A stretch of 64,000 bases of DNA from the human T2T-CHM13v2.0 reference genome, Homo sapiens, in the NCBI RefSeq assembly GCF_009914755.1, contig NC_060931.1. The stretch is one strand, 5' to 3'. Made by a program: the position numbers and the translations under genes. Below, one piece after another: positions 1-12,469 of the stretch (position 1 is its first letter; every line of letters starts with the position of its first letter). The notes beneath the pieces were generated by a model. The model did not search any database and had not been told where the DNA came from. It saw nothing but the letters and a program-made list of their open reading frames with translations.

Positions 1-414
1 TTACTTGATTTTATGATCATATATTGTTTGTGTGACTTTACCTTTAAAGTCAATAGAATTATAAATTTAATTTGGTATTTACAACACACATATACACACA
101 CATATGTATATATTTTTTCATCAAACATTAGGCAAATGATGGTTACATGAAACATGAAACTCTGGGACTACTTCTGTTTCACAGGTTCAGATCCTGTGTC
201 CTGACTTTTGGTTGAGAAAATATAGGCTCAGTTAATGTATTCAGTTGTGTGCTTTTACCCAATTTTCCATTATCTCCTATTTCATCTTCCACCAAAGTAA
301 CTTCAGACAAGAAAAGTGTGTTTGAAGACTACCACGGGTTAACTGCCTGTATTCCATTATAAAATCTTTGTATATCGTGTTAGTCTTTGGTTTTGTGGTC
401 AGGATCGACTATAA

Positions 415-575
415 TGAATTCTGGTTCTTGATTTACCAAATGTGAGAACTTGGCCGATTTATCTAATCTTTGGGTAAATTAGTCTCCCCATGTGTAAATT
501 AGGAATGAGAAAACTTAACCTTTAGGGTTGTTGTGAGAACTAAAAGAGCTCCAGTTTGTCCAGTGCTTGGTTTTA
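415..575 (+). mobile_element. MIR SINE fragment
   Basis: Degenerate MIR core: ...tgtgagaacttggccgatttatctaatc...agtctccccatgtgtaaattaggaat...ttagggttgttgtgagaactaaa. Boundaries approximate. Confidence 0.6.
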
Positions 576-1194
576 TAGGGACTAGATACAGGTAGATTTC
601 TTTCTTCTTCATTTGATTTAAATCCAACACTCACTCTTACTGTTGTCCCAGGTAAAATTTTAAAAATTCATTTTGCTATAAGTCAGACATGATTTTCAGC
701 ACTCTGATTTAAAAAGTAATGTGATTTCTTGTGGAATAACTAAAATAAGGACCCAATGACAGTTGTTTCCACATTAAAGTTGGGTGGATTTCACCTAAAG
801 CTTCTGAATTGCCAGACAAGCTTCACTTTATCAAGGAGAAAAATTAAAATCCACTAAACCAAAGTAAAATGAACTAAAATTCCAGAAGCTAAAGGACAAG
901 TAAAGGACACAGTCTTCACACTCTGGGCTTTTCTTTTGGTGTTCTTTCCATTGACTGTGGGATAAAATTTGGGGGAAATTGTGAGGGTGTGAATGGCAAG
1001 TGTATGTTTGGGTTCTAAGACTTGGGTCATTAATACCAAGTCATAATGTATATTTTTCTATCCCCTTTCTTACTCAGTATTGTTCATTTTTTAGTGTTAT
1101 TCAGTATTTTCAGTATCATGATTTGTAGAAATGTTTATAATAATGACATAATTATACCATAATTTCTTTTACTATTTTCCTTATATTGGGAATA

Positions 1195-1530
1195 TACACC
1201 ATTTGCAGTTATTCAGTGACACTTTAAAGTAGCAGTGTGATGGACATTCATTTACATAAATCACTATCCACATCCTTGATTTTTTTTCTTTTGAAATGAT
1301 TCCTAGAAATAGAATCACTCTTAAGGAGTGTGAACGTTTTAAAAGATTCTTGATATAGTGTGACATTTTTTTCCCTGGGAAAGGTGTACCAATTTACACT
1401 CCTACCAGCAGTGTTTTTCACATCATGTGCTTGTCATTATCTATTAGCATCAATGATATATGAAAATGTTAAGGTTTCATAATTTACATTTACTTGCTTA
1501 CCAGTGAAGTTGAGTGTTATGTCTTATGTT
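1195..1530 (-). mobile_element. Ancient L1 (L1ME-like) ORF2-end fragment
   Basis: Antisense L1 motifs attcctagaaatagaatcact and tgtaccaatttacactcctaccagcagtg. Confidence 0.55.
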
Positions 1531-3571
1531 TACTAGAGAAGACAGGCACACTGGAATGCTCCTTCTTTTCAGCAAGTACATATTTAGACACTTTGTGTTC
1601 CAGTGGTAGTTTTTCTCATTTATTTGAATATATGTCAATAAGCAAAATCTTGGCTAAAAATAATCACCTTAGCACTAAATTTAGTCAAGTGTCAAAGGCA
1701 TTTTAAAGAGACTAAATTTGGGATGCATCTCAGAAAAACATACTGCATGATACTATGCTAATGAGATTTTCTTTTTATGCTGGGCAACTGGTAATTTTGT
1801 TGTTCACCCTGAGTTCCCCAACAATGTTGAACTAGCAATTTTCAAACCTGTAAACATTTGCTTTTGTAATCAAAATTGAAAGATACAATTGAAAGGAAAG
1901 ATTTAGTTCACAAACTGTATAATCTTCTGATTCTGCAGAATTGAAATGAATAAACTTGAACACATATTTAAGAACTCAAGCTCTAGTCAGCATATAACTT
2001 AAGAGGGAAAAGGTTGAATTTCCTTTCAAAATAAGCACCGTGCATGACCATGCTTCCTAAGAAAAAAAGAAAAGGTAATATCTCTAAAAATTGTATCATC
2101 ATTATTTTCATACCAGTTACCATGGTTCAATTAGTCCCTCTCTATCCAGTCTAGTGGTACATTTTTCTAAATTGTGAAAATTCAATAATAATTACATATA
2201 TAGTAATATGTATTTATATAATATTATATAATATGTAAAATAATAATTATAGTTTATATAAATGTGTGTTTTAAGTGGTCTTATTATGTATGATATTTCA
2301 AGGTGTAAGCTTATTTTTCAGGATATTGTGTTTTGGTACCTAGGAGGATCAGCTTTGAATCATTTCTAGTTACATATTTCTAATTTGGGGGAAAATCAGT
2401 TTTTATAGGAATAAAATGTGGTCCAAGTCTTTAGCAGAGTGAAGGATAAGACTGAATTATAAAAAGAGAGGTTTAATAAAGTATTTTTTAAGCCTTAGAG
2501 GAAGTTAATAAAATAATTTTATTGAATTCCATCATGACTCATCTTCTAATATTAATTTTGTAAATAGGAAAAAGGTAATTAAATTACTAAAGCACCTTCA
2601 TTTTAAAGGTTAACTTTATTATTATTGCTCATAGGAAAGTTTATTTTTTACCACTTTTAGAACACTAGGTCTTTTTAAATTGATGCACAATTCATTTGGG
2701 TGCTTTCTATGACACGCAGTCAGACTTGCCTCCTTCCTGTGTGGGCTCTGACTATCTAATAAAAGAGATAATGTAATGACTTACATATCTAGAACACAAG
2801 GTAATGATTCCATTACCAGGCATATCCCTGTTCTGATTTGCAGACAGTTTAATTTTTACATCTGATCTTTAACTAGTGCTTCAGATGAAGCAGAACTGGG
2901 TATTTGAAAGGAATTTAATTTGTTTTGCCCATTTTAATGGTAGTTTTTTCTGAGTGTATTTAAAGAGCTTTTTATAACTACCATCTTCCAATTTTTAAAA
3001 TGGAAATATATTTTCTATTGCTTATTTTTTTTTACTGCAAAGCCTTATTTGTTTATTTTAGAAAAATTAGAAAATACTGCAAAGAAAAAAGAAAAATGAA
3101 AAAATAATATATTCTTAGAGAATTCTCATTAACATGTTGGCAGATACTCCAGTTTATTCTATATAATTCCTATATACAATAGGGGATCAAAGTACTTGTT
3201 ACACTGAATACCATACTCTGACATTACATATTTTGTAAATGTTGTTATATGTTTTTGATTGAGCAACCAGTAATCATGTTAGCCTGAAGACAAACTTTGC
3301 ATAGTTCAAAGAGTGTTTGCCAACTCTTTTTTAAAAAGGAGGTTTCACATAAAAATCCAGATGTCCACCTTCTCTTGATAGATGGGGATTCTGTGCTGCT
3401 GGGGCTCAGAATCCTGGTTGGCCACAGTTGAGAGCAGATGGCCACAGTTGGCCTTAGCCAGCCAGAGCATGCACTCTGCATTCAGCGCATTCCTGCCCTG
3501 GTCTCCTTCACATCTTGATGTGCCTACCTGACTCCCAAAGCCAGCTGTTTGAAGGGTAGTAGTTTGTCTAG

Positions 3572-4545
3572 GGTAGTGCTTTTCAATGAGGCTGTACTGG
3601 CCCCTAAGGGAAGACTGGAAAGTGTTTTCTGGATGCCGCAATGCTTGGAGAGCACTACTGGCATTTAGTGGACTGCAGTCCTGTTATGTGAGAGGACTGG
3701 ACCCGGAAGTTGTGTCCTGCATTTTCAACAATCCCTTTGGGTAGTCATATAGGTGAAACACCTGTTTATAATTATTTGAGCCTGGAAACAAAACTGGTTG
3801 CACATATAAAAATTGCTTTAATTCAATTTTAGTATACGTTGAATTTCCTAAGACTACAGCTACTGTATAATTTCAGGTAAAATTGTTCTTTGCTTTGGAA
3901 GGTTTACTGTGCATTGTTCACCATTTGGAAAACCATGTTGCTGACAACAAGGTGGCTCATGGTATTTGAATAACCAACACAGTGCAGCTCCATCAGTGCT
4001 CATTTGTAGCACCCTTGTTCAATACAACAAAAAGCAAAATTAACACTCCTTTAACATTTTTTATGAATAAGAAATAAATATCAGATCTTATGAGAGAATA
4101 TTAATTCTTCTTTGTGTGTTCTTTACTTTTACCATCTATAATTTGCCTTGGCATGTTATCTAGACTTCAGTTACTCTTATTTTCCTTTTATCACTTGCCT
4201 GTAAGCCTGCTTTATTGTTTCTTATTCTAATACTAAATTTTAGCCTAATGTCCATGTAACCACTCAACCCTCCAGTCTTTCACTTTCTTACTCTTCTTGA
4301 AAAAGTACTGGCTGCTTATTACTTCTCTTTAATTCATATTTACTTGTTGGTAGTAGGGCAGGCATCAGATGACTTCCTCAATATGTAAGTTATGTTCATG
4401 CCTGGAGCACTTTATGATTAAAAAGAATATTATGTATAGAGGTTGTTTGTATAAACTATGAGCTTTGTGTTAGGTTAGTAAAAGCGGCATTACAAAATAC
4501 TTGTTTTTAAAAGTGAAGCTTTGTGCTTGAGCAGCTTAATGCTCT
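3572..4545 (+). mobile_element. MER20B-like hAT-Charlie element, split by about 330 bp of unassigned sequence (about 4020-4350)
   Basis: Recalled MER20B blocks in order: actactggcatttagtgg; taggtgaaacacctgtttataattatttgagcct; ttgttcaccatttggaaaa; catttgtagc; then after the gap ttagtaaaagcggcattacaaaatacttgtt. Confidence 0.6.
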
Positions 4546-6099
4546 AGGTGACCATCGAGAATATACATTGGTCCTAAAGAGGCTTACAGGCTTCTAGAAA
4601 GACATTACATAGAAATAAGTTATGCCTAGACTGAGAGGATGATGAAATATGCTCCAGGATTTCAGAGAGGGGCAAGTAGGTGTGTTTGAATGGATGAGGA
4701 AGGCCTGTGGATGAAGCCGAGGAGGTGCCACCAAACCTAGATGCTTGGGGAAGCTGTTAAGAGTTTTGGAGAAGGGGACAATGAAGCAAAGTTCTCTCCC
4801 TTTCTTTTTCACTTCCCCCTCTTCTTTTTCTTCTAGAACTGTGTCTTTTCTTCTTTCTTTCCTGAAGATGCAAAAGCCACAGATGTAAGTGAGAGGGACT
4901 AAAGCCAGAGTCATGACTATGAAGTATTGATTTCAGGTGTTTGTTCTCACCTTAAACTCAGACCAAATATAAAAATATGACCTTGGGGGCTTAGAATTGT
5001 GCAGTTTTTGTTCTTCAAGAGAAACTATTGGAGAGATCTCAGAGCAAGGCATTGCTTGTATTTCCCTTCAGTGTAGTACTTAGATTTTCATTTTCTTAGA
5101 TCTAATTATAAAAGAGACTTAGGAGGTGGAAAATAAATTCAATAAGTCTTCAAAGTTTTTCCTTTCTTTATTTTATAAGCTAAGTATCACTGCATTGGGG
5201 GTATACTAAGAAGGGTATCAATGACAGAATTGCTAGTTTCCTCAACCTGCCTCAGCTTACCAAATTTAACTGTTTTTGTGAAACTATTACCACATGTAAA
5301 TATATTTTAAAAATTAGAATTTCTTTGAAGAAACATTTTCCTAGCCAATCAAAAGCAAGAGCTAGTGAGGCTTCAGGATGATTTGGTTTTCAGACTTTTT
5401 TTTTCTAATGCCACAATCCTTAGATATGGTGGGAAAGGCACTTCAAAGTGAGTACTCCAGATTTAATTCAAATGCACCCATTTAAGTAGCTCAGAAAATT
5501 GCATCATCTAGGGTTCTGGAGTGACAGTGTTTTATATGTTGAAATCTTTTGGAGTGGGATTGAAACAGCAAAATCATTTTATTTCATTAAAATCGGTCTC
5601 AGCCTCTTCTTTTTCCTCTCATTCACCGCAGGCCTTTCCATCTAAGAAACAATTCATAGCTGCTTCTTCAGAGGATGTCTAATTTTCCCTCATTCAGAGG
5701 GACACATTTGGTACTTTGCCCTGTGTTTTAATTAGTAAGCTTCAGAGAAAGAAAGTCGTCAGAGCCAGGGCCCCCAGTTGTGGAAGTTTCTATATCCGGT
5801 AAATTGGATCCATTCCAGGGCAGAATCATTTATCAACAAATGAAACACCAGCCACTTCCCACACGTCCTCTGATTGCATTAAAAAATCACTCCCCTTCCT
5901 ACCCAAATTGAGTATACTTAGAGTATGGAGCTGACAAACATTCTCTTTCCTTCTCCTCCTCCTCCTCCTCATTCTGTTGAATTGCTGGTTTCTGTAGTCT
6001 ATTAGGCTTCTTATTAATAGTAATAAAATGTTCATTCATTAACTCTCTCATGCCTGCATACCAGCTATAGTAACTGTCTTTGCCCCCAAGTTATGCAGT

Positions 6100-6339
6100 C
6101 TTTATAAAGTCGTTCAGTAGCAGGGCAATGAGTTGGGAAAACTGATATTGCATCTGTAGCATCAGGTACTATTTAACCAGTGGGAGGGACTGATAAAATT
6201 AGCAAGTTGACTAACCACTTCCCTTCCTTGTGGCTCTTTAATATTATAACGGATACAGAAAAGTTCAGAAGGACTGAGCTAGTTTGCGAAACCACAGCAC
6301 ACTTTGGCAAAGAGGGAATGCACAACAAAACGGGTAAGT
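6100..6339 (+). promoter_or_regulatory. Candidate alternative promoter / first exon ending at a strong 5' splice site (6333/6334)
   Basis: Repeat-free segment with TATAAA (6103), GATA tgataa (6191), ETS acttcc (6217), C/EBP-like ttgcgaaa (6284) overlapping RUNX aaccaca (6290), ATG at 6318 and donor CGG|GTAAGT. Motif-based only; no transcript evidence. Confidence 0.3.
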
Positions 6340-6769
6340 TTCTTTATTTTAATCTTTTAAGAGAACTGTGAAAAAGATAGTGGGGTAGATGTTTTTAAGT
6401 CTGACTCTGCAAATCGTCTTTAATAACTTGTGGGCTGTGGAAAGATAAACTTGTCATGCGGAGGGAAGCAAAAGGTTTTCCAATCAGTAACAGTAGCAAC
6501 AACAACAACAAAAATTACATTGAGCAAAAAATTCAACTCTGAGAATGCCTTTATTATTTCAGATAGACAAGACTAAAGTATTTTGGGGAGAGGGTTCTTG
6601 AATTAGGAAAAATATTGATGAATAAGTTCCTGTACTCTGATTTTTTGAAATTTAGCCCGGAATTGTCAGCAGGGGCATTATCTACTGAAGCTGAATGTCC
6701 GCCTAGATCCTGAAACAGCTTAGTCTTCTGTTGTCTTCTTTGTGGTTGAAAATGTTTGTTGCTTTTAAC

Positions 6770-6960
6770 TCCTTGATTATCAAAAATTTCAAACACAAGC
6801 AAAAATAGAGTGAATAGTATAGAGATTTCCCATGCATCTATCACATAGCTTCAACAGCTATGACTTCAGAGCCCAGGTTGTGTAATCCACACCTCTGTGG
6901 TACACTCCCTCCTTCAATCTAGTTGAATTGCAGCATTTTGAAATATGCCTATTGTGAACA
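6770..6960 (-). mobile_element. Old L1 (L1MC/MD/ME-like) 3' UTR fragment
   Basis: aaaatttcaaacaca...aaaaatagagtgaatagtata...cccatgcatctatcacatagcttcaaca resembles antisense old L1 3' ends. Confidence 0.45.
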
Positions 6961-7109
6961 TTAAATAAAAGAGGCCTAAAGTTTCCTAAAGGCTCATACC
7001 AGCTCAGCAATATAAAGTTTAGAGAAATATTATTACATAAAATTGAATTATGAGTCATAGAAAGCACAAGTGAGTTTCCACTGGTTGTTTTACCAGTGGG
7101 AGCAGGAGT

Positions 7110-7335
7110 AGAGGATAGTAGATATTAAGACTGTAGTCTCTGGAGCCAAACTGTTTGGGGTCAAATTTGGTTCTGTCACAATCCAGTATCCTTAAGAAAA
7201 TTTCTTAACCTTTCTGTGTCTCAGTTTCCTCACCTAAAAATGAATACAATAGCACTGATCTCCTGAGCATGAGGGATGATGAACCAGTGCATGCCAAGAC
7301 TCAGAAAATTGCTGGGAACATAGAGTGCTCACTGT
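7110..7335 (+). mobile_element. MIR SINE
   Basis: tctggagccaaactgtttggggtcaaat...ttcttaacctttctgtgtctcagtttcctcacctaaaaatg (MIR core). Confidence 0.75.
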
Positions 7336-7939
7336 TTGTTAGCCCTACAACTGTTGGTCAAAATTATTAGAGTGATGGTAGGGTTGTGATTTGTCCAAGC
7401 AGAAAGCCAAAGGTTGTATCTGAGCATATTGGGCTGTCTTCTGACCATTGCTTTTCTCCTGATTATTTTATAATGCCAGGCTAGGAAAAGTCTCCATTGA
7501 GATATCTTGCTTGCTTTTGCACCCTGGGAAAACTCCTTGCTCTTGCTTTCCCCCACCAGCTCTGAATTAATTCTCTCTACAAACAAAAGTTATCTGAGGT
7601 TGTCTTGCCCACCCTCTCACTTTGAGGATGAGGGAGTAGAGATTGGTCTAAGCTCACAGAGCAAGGAGTAGATCTAATGGAAAAGACCCTGTCATGGGCT
7701 TCATGGACTCCTCTAATGTCTGTTTGGAGGGGCGCTGCAGTTGGGTTTAGGCAACACTGTTGGGCCTTAGAGGCTGCCTCATATCTGAGCTCTTATGCAT
7801 CCATCTCTGATGTAGAGGTCTTCCAGGGCTGCAAGTTGCTCAGATACTTTTTTCATTGCTAATGAGAATGGTGAAATTCTGAGGATGGCAACAAATGGAT
7901 GGTGAGGACCTTCCCTAAGCTATTTTTTTTCTATACTAT

Positions 7940-8150
7940 AGTAATGGCTGTCATTTATTGAGCATTTACAATGCACCTGGCACTGTGCTATGTGGTTTTC
8001 TTATTTAATCCTCCCTATATCCCTATATAATACTTAATATTAATATCTTCATTTTATAGAAAAGGAAACTAAGGTGCAGAGAAGCTAAGCTACTTACCCA
8101 GCTCATAAGGGACAGCCAGGATTTTGTTCCAAGTCTGTCTGACTTCTTAG
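7940..8150 (-). mobile_element. MIR SINE
   Basis: catttattgagcatttacaatgcacctggcactgtgcta...cattttatagaaaaggaaactaaggtgcagaga (antisense MIR). Confidence 0.75.
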
Positions 8151-9128
8151 AGCGTTTGTCCACAAGAAATAGGTTTGTTCAAACATGTGCACTCGAAATG
8201 CATCCGTGGTTTTGCTCTTAGGCTTCCTGAAGATGAAAGTCGTCAGTATTCCTATAAAGCAAGCTGAATGGAAAACCTTTTCTCTAGTAATAGTTTTCCC
8301 ACAGTGTATTTTCAGAATGCCTAATTACAAGCTGGAAATTTGTCATAAATTTTGACAAATACAGAGGCGGGTGGGGATGGTGTGGAGTTACCGCTGTAAA
8401 AAGTAAATATTGAACTGACAGGTAAAAAAAAAGAAATGCTCTTTTAGTAAATTAACCATGCTTCAGTGGTGGATTTTGTTTTTAAGGCCATTTGTCTCTC
8501 TTGAGTTTTTGTAGAGGAGGGTGAAATATATCTAAGTCAGTTTTTGAGAACATGGAGTGCTGTTGTAAAACAAATGATAAACATTGATGCGCTGCAGAAA
8601 TAAAAATTGGCTGAATCTTCTGGGAGGTGCTGAAGAGAACTGGGACATGCACAGTCAGACATTTTAGAAACCTGGAATTGACTTGAAGTGCTTTATCTTT
8701 TACATTACGGGTACAACTGCAAAAATAGAACTGAATGTGTGAATGAAGAGAGAGGTTAATTTCACAACTTTGGAGTTTTTTTTCCCCTCCAATAGAGTAA
8801 TGGTGTTTTAAATTTTTTTTTTTCTTCACTCAAGGGGACATGGTCTAAAATTTAGAGCTAAAAATGCAAACATCAGACATAAATGATTGACTTGCCTTTT
8901 ATCAGGCAATCTGATACAATTTGCAATCGTTCATTTTTCCTTCGTTGGCTACAGTACTTTTGTCATCTTGACAGAATCAGCCAAGCTTTACCTATAAAAA
9001 TATTGGAAGAGATTTGAAATCATATGATCTTTTTGCAGAAAAAGAAAAGGATAAAGGGAATTGCAGCTGCCAGTGTTGGGGGGAGTGAAGTGGGAAGGGT
9101 CACTGTTATGTCACATTCTTAGATTCTT

Positions 9129-9317
9129 TTTTTTTTTTATTATACTTTAAGTTTAAGGGTACATGTGCACAACGTGCAGGTTTGTTATATATGGAACCCA
9201 TCATTCTCAGCAAACTATCGCAAGGACAAAAAACCAAACACCGCATATTCTCACTGATAGGTGGGAATTGAACAATGAGAACACATGGACACAGGAAGGG
9301 GAACATCACACACCGGG
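9129..9317 (-). mobile_element. 5'-inverted, truncated L1PA (about L1PA4-5) with perfect 15-bp TSD
   Basis: Poly-T plus antisense L1 3' terminus (9129-9193) joined to a sense ORF2-end/3'UTR piece (9192-9317). TSD cattcttagattctt at 9114-9128 and 9318-9332; EN-type site TCTT/AA. Confidence 0.92.
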
Positions 9318-10074
9318 CATTCTTAGATTCTTAAACCTTTGAGAAAGCAGAGCAGCTCTTTAGTACTGGCCACTGCAAACCATCTTCCAGAATTGTTCCA
9401 TCATCTTGGTTTTTTTCTTTTTCTTTTTGTCTCTAATGTCTTCATCTCATAAGAACATATTCACAACCTGTAAAGCATGGTTTAGGGTCGGAAATTTCTG
9501 TATTTGTCTGTCATTAGAGACAGATTCAGAGTGCCATTTAGCTTGTCAGTGTCCACTTCTTTGTGCAGTAATGTAATTTCTGGTGGGGTTGGTCACCCAC
9601 GGGATTACTGCGTACTAGTGCCTTCATGTTTACAGATTGTTTTCTATCCTGATCTTTAACATTTGTCAATGCATTATGTCACTGCTATTATTAAATGTAA
9701 ACATTTAATAAGTTTTAAAAATCAATAAACATTAGTGCTTGATTTAAATGCTTGATTTAATTATTAACTTAATAATCAATTTAAATTTTAATAATAAAAT
9801 GTATTAAAAGTCTTGAATAGATAAAGCATTGTTTTCCCTTGAGATGAATTCTGTCTTCATTTGTTCTTTTGTCCATTTATTCACAATTGCTTAGCATCTC
9901 CTGCTGGAGATCCAGAAATCAATAATCACAGTTTGTGCCCTCAGAAAATTCACAGGTTTGGGGTGAAAAAGAGTTGTATGAAATAAGTGATGCTATAGTT
10001 CACAAAATATATTCTAACTACATTGTACTGTCTACATTGGGAGAGAGGGTGTGTGTGTATGGATAATCCCAGAC

Positions 10075-10230
10075 CCTGGGATTAGAGAATCATGGTTCAA
10101 AGCCCATTACCCTCTGGTTTTGGGTATTTAACTAATGTTCTTATTCCGTGGTTTCTTCACCTGTAAAATGATACTGAGCTGCTAGGGGTGTTGTATTAAT
10201 TTAACATGTGATACATGTTAAGTATTTATA
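10075..10230 (+). mobile_element. MIR fragment
   Basis: gtttcttcacctgtaaaatg core with flanking MIR-like sequence. Confidence 0.55.
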
Positions 10231-10239
10231 TAGCGTATC

Positions 10240-11215
10240 CTATAGTCTTTGGGGGATCAAGGATAGTTTCTCAAATGAAGTTAACTTTAAACAACCTGAA
10301 TGGCATAGATGCTTCTAGTCACAGGGAACTGGATATGACAAAATGGAAAATAGTTTTGCCTCTTTGAGAAAGAGAGTAAAGGTCAGCATGGCTGAAACAT
10401 GTAAAAAGTGGGGAAGTTGCTTAGAGGTACTGGCAGAATCCAGATCGTGCTGGGCCTAGTAGGTCATGTTATGCAGCTGCATGTTGTGCAAGTGCAATCA
10501 GAAGTGATTGAAAGGTTTACACGGGGAGTTGCATGACCTGAATAATATTTTTAAACTAGTTGCAGAGTGGAGAATAGATTCGTGAAGAGCAAGAGTAGAC
10601 ACATGGAAATAGGTTAGAAAACTATTTCAATAGCTTAGTCCAAAAATGATGGCCACTTGGATTAAACAGTGTCAGGGGTGTAGGGGCAGTGGACAGAGTG
10701 AGAAATACTGTATAATTAATAGGACTTGGTAAACAATTGGATGTCATTGGGGAGCATCAATTATGATCCTATGGTGTTTAGCAACTGGGTCTAGTGAGAC
10801 GTCTTGTGTGAAGATGGGCAAATTGGAAAAAGCAGGCTTGGACTTCTCAATTTACATGCTTTTGAAACATTCAAGGGAAGATGTCAAGTAGGCATAAGAT
10901 GTCATGTAGATGTTAACTGAAGCCATGGAAATAGATGTGATCACTCAGAGAGATGGGATGAAGTGAGAAAAGCTGAGGGCCCAGTACTTAACCACTGGAA
11001 ATTCCAAAATTTAGAAGACAGAGGAGAAGCAGCCAGTAAAGGAGGTGGATAAGTCATGGTCAGAGAAAAGGGAAAACAAGAAAGTTGTAGTTTTTAAGGA
11101 AAACAAAAGAAAATAGCATATTCAGGAGAAAGGAGTGATTATCCATGTCAAATGCTAAGGAGCTAATAAATAATCAAAAAATACCATGGAATTGGTATCA
11201 TGGAGCTCATTGACA
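10240..11215 (-). mobile_element. L2 LINE fragment
   Basis: Purine-rich antisense L2 motifs: cagatcgtgctgggcctagtaggtcatg; gcagagtggagaatagatt; gttaactgaagccatggaaatagatgtgatcactcag; tgtcaaatgctaagg. Confidence 0.7.
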
Positions 11216-11543
11216 TAAAGTAAACAGGCAGAAAATATAATTTCTTTAAAATTGCATTGCATTTTAACATACTGACTAATCAGTTTTACTGTTGACTAAT
11301 TGAATAAATATATGAAGACAGTAAAAGAGACATATTATTTTCCCAAGTGGCAGTATATTTAGAAATTATCTTACTTCTATCTTTACATAACTGTATGGTA
11401 TACAAGGAAGCAGTAATAAACTATGCTGGTCTAAACTTACTTCCTTGGAAGTGCAAAAGTACTTGAAATCAGCACTTTCTTCTTGTGTATTCCCAATATC
11501 AAGATTACCAGGTACCATTGCTGAGGGAACCATTTGCGTAGAC

Positions 11544-11757
11544 CAGTAGTTCTCAACCGGGGGCAGTTTGGTACCCCAGAGCACATTTGGCAATGTCTAG
11601 AGATATTTTTGATTATTACAGCTGGCAGCAGGTAATGTAGGGGGCAGCATCTAGGGGGAAGAGGCCAGGGATGCTGCTGAATATCCTATAATGCACCAGA
11701 CAACCCCCCACAACAAAGAATTATTTGGCCCCAAATGTCAATGGCTGAGAAACCTTG
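11544..11757 (+). mobile_element. MER20 (hAT-Charlie MITE)
   Basis: Termini cagtagttctcaacc...gctgagaaaccttg, typical MER20 body, and 8-bp TSD gcgtagac/acatagac. Confidence 0.9.
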
Positions 11758-12242
11758 ACATAGACTAATGCAGACCTGCTCAGTGCCTTGGCAATAGTAG
11801 ATCTTCACTAGAATTTTTCTGCAGGAGAGTGGGAGATCCTTTACTGCCTTTTTTTCATGGTCTACCAGTAGGTTTGTGTAGTAAGTGATCTTTGAATTTG
11901 GTTTTTATCTTGAAACTTCTTTGTAAAAAACAACGTGAATAAATAAAAGTATTGTGTACTCACGTGAATTACCTCTGCAGAATTTTCAATAGAATTTATT
12001 TATGTGGTTAAAAATAGAGGACAGTGCTCCACCCAGTGCATGTTAGACTTCTTACAGCAGAACTGGCTTCCTTATGCAAAGTTAGTTCCTATGCTGAAGT
12101 GCATTTTAGAGAAGTTTCAGTATTAAAACATACTTTAAACATTTAATAGATTAATTTTCTTAAAACCTGTAAAGATCTACGTCTTTAAAAATAATAAATT
12201 TTATTTTCTCTTGATTATAACATAATTCATATAGCTCATATT

Positions 12243-12262
12243 TGTGTGTGTGTGTGTGTGTG
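12243..12262. repeat. (TG)10 microsatellite
   Basis: Seen directly. Confidence 0.95.
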
Positions 12263-12469
12263 TAACTATAATAAACTCTTAGATACCTATAACTAACGCA
12301 GGATATGGAATTTAACCATTATCAATAAAACCTCCTTTGTGAATTCCCCTCTTGGCCAAGGAGAAACACAATTCTAAATATTTTGTTTCTTGTTTCCTTG
12401 TGTTAAAATTCTACTACATATGTATGTATCCCCAAACGAAGTATGAAATTAGTTTTTAAAATGTCTATG

